Origin: an uncultured Candidatus Saccharibacteria bacterium
GTDB lineage: Bacteria > Patescibacteriota > Minisyncoccia > Phycocordibacterales > UBA918
Assembly (NCBI GenBank): GCA_964402035.1
Contig: CAYOAM010000002.1
Span: forward strand, 106,111 to 170,110
Reading direction: 5' to 3'
Length of the DNA: 64,000 nt
In this document: positions 54,214-61,966 of the stretch, piece after piece
Layout: each line of letters starts with the position of its first letter
How positions within the stretch are numbered: position 1 is the stretch's first letter
The notes under the pieces: model-generated
Seen by the model: only the letters and a program-made list of their open reading frames with translations
The model's database searches: none
What the model was told of the DNA's origin: nothing
Made by a program: the position numbers and the translations under genes

Positions 54214-55158
54214 TTACTCAATACTCTTCAATAATACACGCTCATCCTCATTCGTAAAATCTATAAAGCGCTCCATACATTGGAGCGAAGCAGCTACAGC
54301 ATGTTCCTTGTCTCGCACCGCAGCAAAAGGACCAATAAACACTTCTCGCACCAATCGATATTTAAATGCAGCTACTAAGGAATCTCGCTCAACCAGAGTC
54401 AGCTTCCGTACCGATTGATATCCACTCATGAATGCGTAGCAGCGGTCAAATGACAATCGTGATCCATCATACCCCTCCCACAGCAATGTCGTCATCATAT
54501 CGTGGAGAAATGTTCCATAGTACGCATTATCAAAATCAATAATACCGGTCACGGTACCGCCCCGCAAAATGATATTCTCCTTCTTTGTATCTTGGTGCGT
54601 TATGCCGGTCGGTAACGTGGGAGGAAATACAAATGACGCATGGTGTGTTTCAAAAAAATCAACAACGACATCAAAACCTGGTATCTCTGAATCAAGAAAT
54701 AATTCCCGATGTTTAACAAATAGCATCGAAAGACTTTCTCCTTCCCAAACTGTTTTCTTGGCACACGACACGGTAGCAGCCGGTATCGTATGCATCCGCG
54801 CAAGTAGCAGTCCCACCACCCTGAGCTGATCCGTATTAAGTGAACCCGCGACATCACCTGGAATAAAGGTCGCGAGAATAGATGGTTTGTTTTCAAAATC
54901 TGTGGCGAGCGCACCGCTACGTGTCGGTACGAGAACGGGAGAAGGAAAACCAACAGTACGCAACGCTTCTAGGATGGAGAGCTCACAGAGAATTTCTTCT
55001 GCTGTTTTCTCTTCATAGATTCGGAGCACAAATGCACCATGGTCGGTTTCAATTTTAAAACTTGAATTCACCTTTCCTCCTCGAAATGTTTCGGTACCAC
55101 GTACCACGTACCCATAATGCTCTCGCACATGCGCTTCAATCTGAGGTGCGGTATACAT
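54214..55158 (-). CDS. APH / choline-kinase-like phosphotransferase family kinase.
   Basis: The Brenner motif HQDTKKENIIL and IDFDNAYYG (the DFD/DxD metal site) are present. It is 314 aa. Confidence 0.7.
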   Translation of the reverse strand: MYTAPQIEAHVREHYGYVVRGTETFRGGKVNSSFKIETDHGAFVLRIYEEKTAEEILCELSILEALRTVGFPSPVLVPTRSGALATDFENKPSILATFIPGDVAGSLNTDQLRVVGLLLARMHTIPAATVSCAKKTVWEGESLSMLFVKHRELFLDSEIPGFDVVVDFFETHHASFVFPPTLPTGITHQDTKKENIILRGGTVTGIIDFDNAYYGTFLHDMMTTLLWEGYDGSRLSFDRCYAFMSGYQSVRKLTLVERDSLVAAFKYRLVREVFIGPFAAVRDKEHAVAASLQCMERFIDFTNEDERVLLKSIE

Positions 55159-55161
55159 ACG

Positions 55162-57036
55162 CTAAGCCTTTGACTTGTTGATATCGACAGCGCGGCGCAA
55201 TACCTCAAAATCTACCGGCACGCTATATACTCCGCGATCGTGCCAAATCGTGCCCACTGATTGTGGCAACGCCATATGTGGCAGCCCTTTGACATAGTGT
55301 TTGTCATAATGGAGCGCATTCAAAATATCATCAGCAGTGATGAGTGCTGGCACGGTTGTCGGTAGTTTGTATCGTTCCAAGAGATCATAGTGCATGCGTA
55401 CCGTTTCCTTGTCAGCGATCCCCAAAAGCCGCGCCACCTCCGCAGACACAGCCATCCCAATAGCCACCGCCTCCCCATGCAACAGTTCATATGACGAGAG
55501 GTGTTCAAGCGCATGACCAACGCTGTGTCCATACTGCGGCAACATTTCATTGCGATCGTTATAGACATCACCATTGAGCAGTGGGACCTTAAGGGCAATC
55601 GTCGTTTTAATAATATCTTCAAGCACATCAACATCCCCGAGGCGATCAGCATACCCGAGCAGAGTTTCTACGAATGCTGGATCTTGGGTCAAGGCATGCT
55701 TGAGCGATTCAGCGATTCCATTGCGTAAATGTCGTGGATCGAGCGTGAGGAGAACTTCAGGATCAATGAGGATTTTAGTTGCTGGATAATAGCTACCGAT
55801 AAGATTTTTTCCTGATCGCGAATTGATAGCCTGCTTAAAATCAAGAGCGGCATCCACCTGCGACATCGACGATGTTGAAATATGCATGAGCTCAATACCG
55901 CGGTACAACGTTGACGCAAGCACACCCGCAAGGTTATTAACGACACCTCCTCCCAGCGAAAAGATAATGGAATTTTTATCCATACCGTATGAAAAAACTC
56001 CGTCAGCAATATGTGAATATTCATCAATATTTTTTGACTGCTCCCCTTCTGGTACGACGAATTTTTTGACGTTATACCCGCATTCAAGAAAACTATTGAG
56101 TACCGCGTCGCCGTAGAGTGCATCAACACGATCGTCGGTCACGATAAAGTGCGCTGAATCTGCTTTCTTCTCTGGAATAAGACGAATCGCTCCAAGATTT
56201 TTTATCAGTCCTCGTTCAACCACGATATCGCTCTCCATATGTTTATCGCGCGTGAAAAAAGAAAAACGAGTGGTATCACGCATTGCGCTACGTGAAGCAT
56301 GTTTCTCTCGCGGCTGCTCCATATTGCGTACGAGCATGTTGGCACGCACATGGATTGCTGGAGTATTCACGTCGTACCAATCATCGTACGGCCATGGTAT
56401 AAGTCCCAATGATTTTTCTTCCGAAAGTGCTCGCAATAATTCTTCAAAACGATTGATACTTTTTGCAGCAATAAGATTTCCCATTTCAATGTGCCGTCCA
56501 AATGGTACGACATACACCCCGGCTTCAACCGCATTATGATCCTCTATGTCAGTACCGATATGTGTTGCTGAGCCGTCGACAATACGAACGCGCGATTGTG
56601 CACCCGAACGAGCAAGGTGTTCAAGGTCAGTTCCAACCAGTGTATAGAGAGCGTGCGATCCATCGCGCGCTATATCCATAAGACTTACAAATGGATTTTG
56701 CGCAAAAACCAAATCGGCCATCGTCACAATCGTGGGAGCATTGCAGGTCGTGCATCCCACCAAAAATGATGAGAGCAGTCCCTGTACTCCTGCATCCTGT
56801 TGATCGGCAAAAGAAATGCGTGCGGTAATATCATGATGTCCGGTAAGCTCGCGGCGTATTTCATCGCCGCGGTATCCGACCACAATTAAAATATCTTCAA
56901 TGCCTGCTTCTTCAAGCTGGTGCACGAGACGAACAATCATCGGCTCGTGACCAATGCGTACGAGTGGTTTCGGGTTATCGTGCCGATCAAGTCGTGCTCC
57001 CTTTCCCGCTGCAAGAATAACTGCCTTTGGTTTCAT
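55162..57036 (-). CDS. Fusion protein: an N-terminal nucleotidyltransferase (MobA/IspD/IPCT-like) joined to a C-terminal 3-dehydroquinate-synthase (AroB)-family sugar-phosphate cyclase domain.
   Basis: The N-terminus KAVILAAGKGARL is the NTP-transferase motif. The C-terminal roughly 330 aa align closely with AroB across these blocks: FVVPEGEQSKNI (compare VVLPDGEQYKSL), LGGGVVNNLAGVLASTLYRGIELMHISTSSMSQVDAAL..K (compare [41 protein letters not shown]), GKNLIGSYYPA (compare GKNMIGAFYQP), and YGHSVGHALE...LLHGEAVAIGM (compare LGHTFGHAIE...WLHGEAVAAGM). Confidence 0.75.
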   Translation of the reverse strand: MKPKAVILAAGKGARLDRHDNPKPLVRIGHEPMIVRLVHQLEEAGIEDILIVVGYRGDEIRRELTGHHDITARISFADQQDAGVQGLLSSFLVGCTTCNAPTIVTMADLVFAQNPFVSLMDIARDGSHALYTLVGTDLEHLARSGAQSRVRIVDGSATHIGTDIEDHNAVEAGVYVVPFGRHIEMGNLIAAKSINRFEELLRALSEEKSLGLIPWPYDDWYDVNTPAIHVRANMLVRNMEQPREKHASRSAMRDTTRFSFFTRDKHMESDIVVERGLIKNLGAIRLIPEKKADSAHFIVTDDRVDALYGDAVLNSFLECGYNVKKFVVPEGEQSKNIDEYSHIADGVFSYGMDKNSIIFSLGGGVVNNLAGVLASTLYRGIELMHISTSSMSQVDAALDFKQAINSRSGKNLIGSYYPATKILIDPEVLLTLDPRHLRNGIAESLKHALTQDPAFVETLLGYADRLGDVDVLEDIIKTTIALKVPLLNGDVYNDRNEMLPQYGHSVGHALEHLSSYELLHGEAVAIGMAVSAEVARLLGIADKETVRMHYDLLERYKLPTTVPALITADDILNALHYDKHYVKGLPHMALPQSVGTIWHDRGVYSVPVDFEVLRRAVDINKSKA

Positions 57037-57099
57037 TACGCGGATTATAACAGAGTGTACTGACTTTTAGTGGCAATATTTTTATCACTGAGGTGCTAA

Positions 57100-57128
57100 T
57101 TGATTTAAAGTTAAAATCGTTGTATAAT
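57100..57128 (+). promoter_or_regulatory. Sigma-70-type promoter: TTGATT (-35) at 57100-57105, a 17-nt spacer, and TATAAT (-10) at 57123-57128.
   Basis: This is a consensus-quality -35/-10 pair with optimal spacing, about 58 nt upstream of the IMPase-family ATG at 57186. A GGAG ribosome-binding site sits 6 nt before that ATG. Confidence 0.6.
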
Positions 57129-57185
57129 CGCATCACGTTGTTCTTACGTTCTTCATATCTTGCCCTTGAACCCCTGGAGAGAAAA

Positions 57186-58031
57186 ATGCTGTTTCCATCT
57201 CGTTTTGGTGTAGCAATGAACGCTGTCACCGAGGGTGCCAAGATTGTGCGACAACTCGCCGACACTCATCTTCAGTCAGCGAGCAAAGGGGGTAACTTCC
57301 GTGATCTGAAAACCGCGGCTGATGATGCTTCTGAATCCGCGATCACCAAACTTATCGGTCAGTATTTCCCCCAAGATGCAATCTATGCAGAAGAGAGCTG
57401 GAAGGCCGGCGATCGCATCGACCCAGAGAAAATGACATGGGTCATTGATCCGGTGGATGGCACCACTAACCTGGCTGCTGGCATATCTTTGGTGGCAGTC
57501 GGTCTTGGACTCATGCAAGTTGGTGTTGTTCGATTCGGAGTCATCAAAGACATCTTCAAACAAGAAACCTATTGCTCCGAGGAAAGTGGCGAAGCGTACT
57601 TCCTGTCAGACGGAGCACGTATCGCGATCAAGGTCTGTGTGAACACTGACCTTCAAGCAGGCTTGATCGTCTACGACATGCCCGGTGCAAGTAACCGAAT
57701 TCCGCTCGTCGAAGCCTTCATGCAAAAAGCAAATAGGCGTGCGCAAGCAGCACGGATCTTCGGCTGCGCACATCTTTCCCTCTGCTATCTGGCGAGAGGA
57801 CTGGTCGGAGGATACGTGAATGCCGACCTTCACGACTGGGACGTTGCACCAGGGCTTGCGCTAGTCGAACGTGCTGGTGGCATCATCACCGACTGGAAAG
57901 GAAACCTATGGGAGCCTCATGGCCGCAAGCATGGCATTATTGCGGCAGCGACCCCAGAGATCCACACGACTCTGTTGGGCTATGCCCGCGAGGTCATGGC
58001 GAAAACGGGTATTGATCCAGCGACGATCTGA
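57186..58031 (+). CDS. Inositol monophosphatase / FIG-family phosphatase (SuhB/CysQ-like).
   Basis: WVIDPVDGTTNLAAG is the IMPase motif (DP[IL]DGT). I set the start at the ATG at 57186 (MLFPSRFG) because the track start at 57093 lies upstream of the promoter. Confidence 0.75.
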   Translation: MLFPSRFGVAMNAVTEGAKIVRQLADTHLQSASKGGNFRDLKTAADDASESAITKLIGQYFPQDAIYAEESWKAGDRIDPEKMTWVIDPVDGTTNLAAGISLVAVGLGLMQVGVVRFGVIKDIFKQETYCSEESGEAYFLSDGARIAIKVCVNTDLQAGLIVYDMPGASNRIPLVEAFMQKANRRAQAARIFGCAHLSLCYLARGLVGGYVNADLHDWDVAPGLALVERAGGIITDWKGNLWEPHGRKHGIIAAATPEIHTTLLGYAREVMAKTGIDPATI

Positions 58032-58053
58032 TCAACTCTGGACCTCTACTCAA

Positions 58054-58100
58054 CCGAGCACTTCTTTTTTTGTTTGAAAAAGAAGTGCTCGGTATTTTTA
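58054..58100 (+). terminator. Rho-independent terminator: a perfect 16-bp stem (ccgagcacttcttttt / aaaaagaagtgctcgg), a 7-nt loop, then UAUUUUUA.
   Basis: Verified as an exact inverted repeat. It lies 23 nt after the IMPase stop. Confidence 0.75.
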
Positions 58101-58213
58101 TCTCAATCGACCACGCCACCACGCACCATTGACATAAGTCAATACTCATGCTACTTTGCCGGAGGTTCTGTGAGGGATAGTCTCTCGCAGGGTTCTACAC
58201 ATGGAGTTCAGAC

Positions 58214-59011
58214 ATGCTCGTCAATGTGCCACTTCCCACTCGATTTGATCCGGAATGTCTCCGCGCCTTCGAATGGAGCGAGGGACGACGCCATATCGTC
58301 GCTCTCGGCCCCTATGGCCGCCACGGCAATGTGATCCTCTGCACCCAGTTTGGGTCACAGAAGGCAATCTTCGCCGACGGCAAGGAACACCCGTATACGG
58401 CAGTTCTTGGTCTCGTCGCCAAGGATGGTGGACTCAACACCTACGGCGGACACGTGATCCCGATCCTGCCCAACGGCAACGTGCTCATGGTTCATGTGCC
58501 CCGACCGGCACTCCTCGCGATCCCACGGAGACGCCGTACGAATATCATCGAGTTCCTCGACGGCAGAGAATCCTACGATCTTGGCCCCATCGGCGAAGCG
58601 GAAATCCCGGGGGGCACAGTGGAACTCGGCGTGACAGTTAAGGTCGGTGCATTGCTTGAGTTGCTCCAAGAACTCGGCCTCAAGGTGATCGAAAATTGCG
58701 AGTTCATCACTCGCAACGACCTGGTCGGATCACTCATCTCCGAGTTCGCCATTCAGATCGGCATCCATGCAATCAAGCTGCCAGCGAATATCGGCGCAGA
58801 ACACCTCAAGTATGTCAGGGATGACGGCGGACTCTATGTACTCAGCCTTTCGCAGGCGGAGATCAAGCACAACAAACGACGCGGTGTCTTTGGTACTGGC
58901 TCAACGCATGCATGTCTCCGTTTCCTTGCGGATCTCAACGACCCCGCGGAATACGAAGCTATGCTCGCAAAGGGCGAGATCACGGTGACCAGAGAGACCC
59001 TGCGCCTCTGA
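58214..59011 (+). CDS. Hypothetical protein of 265 aa, possibly a Nudix-fold-like protein with a non-canonical Nudix box.
   Basis: It is a strongly GC-rich ORF, by eye near 60% against about 45% in flanking DNA. GGHVIPILPNGNVLMVHVPRP ... GGTVELGVTVKVGALLELLQELGL loosely resembles a Nudix beta-grasp and box, but the E and R residues are not canonical. A GGAG ribosome-binding site sits 7 nt before the ATG. Confidence 0.5.
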   Translation: MLVNVPLPTRFDPECLRAFEWSEGRRHIVALGPYGRHGNVILCTQFGSQKAIFADGKEHPYTAVLGLVAKDGGLNTYGGHVIPILPNGNVLMVHVPRPALLAIPRRRRTNIIEFLDGRESYDLGPIGEAEIPGGTVELGVTVKVGALLELLQELGLKVIENCEFITRNDLVGSLISEFAIQIGIHAIKLPANIGAEHLKYVRDDGGLYVLSLSQAEIKHNKRRGVFGTGSTHACLRFLADLNDPAEYEAMLAKGEITVTRETLRL

Positions 59012-59029
59012 TCACAACTGCCACCACTC

Positions 59030-59072
59030 GAGCCCTGCACACACTGTGCAGGGCTCTTTTTCTTTATTTTTT
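59030..59072 (+). terminator. Rho-independent terminator: a 12-bp stem (gagccctgcaca / tgtgcagggctc), a 3-nt loop, then UUUUUCUUUAUUUUUU.
   Basis: Verified inverted repeat. The hairpin core is identical to the copy at 59567-59602. Confidence 0.8.
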
Positions 59073-59106
59073 AGAAAACACTATCTATTGCTAAAGTACA
59101 AAATAC

Positions 59107-59556
59107 ATGGTATATTTTTGCATAGGTTCAACCCTCAAGGAGGCTCACATACAAGATGAATTGAAGGCAACAAAGGTCGGCTCTCTTCAAATCACCGCGG
59201 TCGGTGTCCCGACCGCAGAGACTTCAGAAGGTTTTCTTGTGGTCCCCGTACAGCTGGAGAACGGCTCCTTTAGGCTTATGGCGAGAAGGAGTCCTACACT
59301 GCCGTTTTTCCCGCTTAAGATCGATCTCACTTCAGAAAAGACGCATTCAGCGGATGAAATTTTCGAGAACGCTTCGTGTATGCCCCAAGTCACGATGATC
59401 TCGAGACATTTCGAGACCGACCTCGAAATACAAGTCTGGAATACCGAACAGACAGGGTTCTTGATCATCAAGACAATCGAGATCTCGGAGAATCAATTCC
59501 AAAAGACCGACATCTACGAGATCAAGCCGGTTCGATACAGAAGACAGTCTTCTTGA
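59107..59556 (+). CDS. Hypothetical protein of 149 aa.
   Basis: It is an ORF between two identical terminators with an AAGGAGG sequence just inside its 5' end. The true start may be an internal TTG or ATG after that ribosome-binding site. Confidence 0.45.
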   Translation: MVYFCIGSTLKEAHIQDELKATKVGSLQITAVGVPTAETSEGFLVVPVQLENGSFRLMARRSPTLPFFPLKIDLTSEKTHSADEIFENASCMPQVTMISRHFETDLEIQVWNTEQTGFLIIKTIEISENQFQKTDIYEIKPVRYRRQSS

Positions 59557-59566
59557 TCTCTCTCGT

Positions 59567-59602
59567 GCCCTGCACACACTGTGCAGGGCTCTTTTTCTTT
59601 AT
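59567..59602 (+). terminator. Rho-independent terminator, a second copy of the gccctgcacaCACtgtgcagggc hairpin, followed by UCUUUUUCUUUAU.
   Basis: The hairpin core is identical to the one at 59030-59056. Confidence 0.75.
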
Positions 59603-59622
59603 GTACAGCGTACAATGTTCCT

Positions 59623-60321
59623 ATGAAGGCGGCAGATAATCATCACATTGGGCGTGAAAAGATGTTGACTGGTGATGTGCACGTATTCCCCACACGAGAC
59701 AGCTGGCCAAAAACGTGGGCATCGGATGCACATCTTGCTGGTCTCTGCTCCAATATGTCTGAGCAGATGGTATACGAAAAAGTAATAACCCCTCTCGTCG
59801 ACCTCGGAAAGTCTACATATATTCAAGGGTGGTTTGCACATATCGACTCACCACTTCATGCAACCATTCTCTCAGGGGACACTAGTACAGAAAAAGCACT
59901 TCCCCCACAAACGAAAAACATATACGACCTTATAGCAAAAGACCCTGAGGTTATTTTTATTCGTACCCTCCTACAAAATCTCACTGCCACATTCGATTTT
60001 GTGTGCAATAACGGGGACAACATCACGCTCAATTGTACGCATATCCCAAGCGAGATTCTGATCGCTCGTACTCGCATGGCAAGTGTGTATCGACGCTTTG
60101 GGCTTCGTGTACATACGATAGAGGATTTTTTCCATATGACCGTGATGCGTATACGTACGCTACCTGAAGTAAATACACATGCAAGCCTTACTACATTTGT
60201 TGAAAGAGTTGATGCACTCCATGAAAAAATACTGCAGGATCCAATCGTTGTGACCTTTGATACCATCTGGTTTGGCTATGATATGCAACGCAAGACACGC
60301 ACGGAGCTGCTCTCTCAATAA
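59623..60321 (+). CDS. Hypothetical protein of about 232 aa.
   Basis: The track ORF begins at a GTG at 59581 inside the terminator hairpin. The first ATG after the terminator, at 59623 (MKAADNHHIG...), is the more plausible start. I recognised no family. Confidence 0.45.
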   Translation: MKAADNHHIGREKMLTGDVHVFPTRDSWPKTWASDAHLAGLCSNMSEQMVYEKVITPLVDLGKSTYIQGWFAHIDSPLHATILSGDTSTEKALPPQTKNIYDLIAKDPEVIFIRTLLQNLTATFDFVCNNGDNITLNCTHIPSEILIARTRMASVYRRFGLRVHTIEDFFHMTVMRIRTLPEVNTHASLTTFVERVDALHEKILQDPIVVTFDTIWFGYDMQRKTRTELLSQ

Positions 60322-60356
60322 AACTTCCTCTCTATTTCATTTGTTATACTTGTCGC

Positions 60357-61100
60357 ATGAAAACCATAATCGTCACCGGCGCAAGCCAAGGGATCGGAAA
60401 GGCTATTGCAGCACGCCTTTTGCGTGATGGGTATGGTGTTATTGGCATAGCACGAGACCCACAAAAACTCGCAGTGGTAGCCGAAGAATTTAATACCGCC
60501 AATTTTACACATCACTCTTTTGATATTGCCGACCAAAAAGCAATAGCGGATTTTGCTCTTAGACTACACGGTCAAGAAATTTTTGCTGTGGTAAATAATG
60601 CTGGTATCTGCAAAACTGCACGCATCGATGAAGTGGAAGAAACGGATCCGTGGGATGAAGTCTTGGCAACCAACCTCACAGGTGTCAAAAACCTCACGCA
60701 AGCACTCATCCCACTATTGCATAATAGTGGTCGCATTATAAATATTTCTTCACAACTTGGAAAAGAAGGTCGTGCAGGATACAGCGCCTATTGCGCATCA
60801 AAATTTGGTCTCATTGGTCTTACCAAAGTATGGGCAAAAGAACTCGGTGCTCGCAACATCACGGTCAATGCCATCTGCCCTGGTTGGGTAGAGACTGACA
60901 TGACCGATACTGATCTTGGTCGTCTTGCTGAAGAAGCAGGAACGACGCTCCCACTGTTACGCAAGAGCATTACGGACCAACTCGAAATGGGAACTATGAA
61001 TAAGCCAGAAGATATAGCGGGCATGGTTGCATACCTACTTTCACCGGATGCTGATCGAATTTCTGGTCGCGACTTTCTTCTTCAACAAGTGACAAATTAA
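60357..61100 (+). CDS. Short-chain dehydrogenase/reductase (SDR), FabG-like.
   Basis: The cofactor motif TGASQGIGKAIA (TGxxxGIG) and the catalytic motifs NNAG and YxxxK (YSAYCASK) are present. Confidence 0.85.
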   Translation: MKTIIVTGASQGIGKAIAARLLRDGYGVIGIARDPQKLAVVAEEFNTANFTHHSFDIADQKAIADFALRLHGQEIFAVVNNAGICKTARIDEVEETDPWDEVLATNLTGVKNLTQALIPLLHNSGRIINISSQLGKEGRAGYSAYCASKFGLIGLTKVWAKELGARNITVNAICPGWVETDMTDTDLGRLAEEAGTTLPLLRKSITDQLEMGTMNKPEDIAGMVAYLLSPDADRISGRDFLLQQVTN

Positions 61101-61144
61101 AAAAAACCGCGCAAGGCCATATGGTCTTGCGCGGTTTTTTTTAT
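61099..61144. terminator. Bidirectional intrinsic terminator: an A-tract, the hairpin ccgcgcaaggcc-atat-ggtcttgcgcgg, then a T-tract.
   Basis: A 12-bp stem (with one G-U pair in the plus-sense RNA) is flanked by A8 and T10. It lies between the converging SDR gene (+) and the CDP-alcohol phosphatidyltransferase gene (-). Confidence 0.75.
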
Positions 61145-61153
61145 TGTCTAGAC

Positions 61154-61924
61154 CTATTTCTTTGCCACCACCGTGTTTGTCATAAAGAATCGTACCTGCT
61201 TTGCAAAAAGAAGTACGTACAATCCTACGAAACTGACCGCGTAGAAATAAAGGAAGTAATCCATATGCATGAACCACGTGGCGATCAAAAGTGGCCCCAC
61301 TATAGCCGGATAGCTGTAGATATTCTTGTTCCAAAAATCAAATGACCGCACGTACCATGGTCGCGCATCGAGTGCTGCATTTTGTACATCTTTGTTTTCG
61401 CGCTCAGTGCCCAGATACACAATCATCCAAAAACGAAGTTCCAGTGCCCGGAACATAAGTTTTGCAAGTGATGCTGCGGCTCCCGCATAGAGTACCCAAA
61501 CCTCTCCAGTCTGCTCAAAAATCGCAACGCCCAAAAGCATAAAGAAAAGGCTGTACATAATATCGTGACTCACTGGCTCCACGTACTGCCCACCCACAAC
61601 ACTCTGCGCGTAGCGGAAGCGTGCCACTTCCCCATCAACACCATCAAGAATGATCGAGAGAAAATAAAATACTGGTCCCCAGAGCTGCACCGAGAGATCA
61701 GACGAGAAGTAGCATGCAACTCCCATAAAGAAGACAATCACTCCAATCACTGAAATTTGATTTGGTGTAAACGGTAGTCGCAGAAAAACGTACGTGAGAT
61801 AAATGGAGAAAATTCGAGTGAAGCGACCAAGCTTACTTTCTTTTGCTGGATTTGGTGCAGTCGCCTGACACACTGCGCGAAGCTCTTTGATACCAAATGC
61901 CTTAAGGTCTCGTGGTTCGTTCAT
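61154..61924 (-). CDS. CDP-alcohol phosphatidyltransferase family protein.
   Basis: DGVDGEVARFRYAQSVVGGQYVEPVSHD matches D-G-x2-A-R-x8-G-x3-D-x3-D. It is a multi-TM protein. Confidence 0.8.
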   Translation of the reverse strand: MNEPRDLKAFGIKELRAVCQATAPNPAKESKLGRFTRIFSIYLTYVFLRLPFTPNQISVIGVIVFFMGVACYFSSDLSVQLWGPVFYFLSIILDGVDGEVARFRYAQSVVGGQYVEPVSHDIMYSLFFMLLGVAIFEQTGEVWVLYAGAAASLAKLMFRALELRFWMIVYLGTERENKDVQNAALDARPWYVRSFDFWNKNIYSYPAIVGPLLIATWFMHMDYFLYFYAVSFVGLYVLLFAKQVRFFMTNTVVAKK

Positions 61925-61966
61925 ACGTAATTTATAGTTATAACGTTTGTTAGTATACCAAATCCC

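Noticed and set aside
57093-57185. The longer start, MLIDLKLKSLYNR..., for the IMPase-family ORF.
   Set aside because: This 5' extension contains the consensus -35/-10 promoter (57100-57128). The ATG at 57186 has a properly spaced GGAG ribosome-binding site.
58214-59011. Calling this ORF a bona fide Nudix hydrolase.
   Set aside because: The candidate Nudix box lacks the canonical G-x5-E-x7-R-E-U-x-E-E-x-G-U spacing and residues. I kept it only as a low-confidence Nudix-like note.
59581-59622. GTG start of ORF 59581-60321.
   Set aside because: The GTG lies inside the stem of the terminator hairpin of the preceding gene. The first ATG after the U-tract, at 59623, is the more plausible start.
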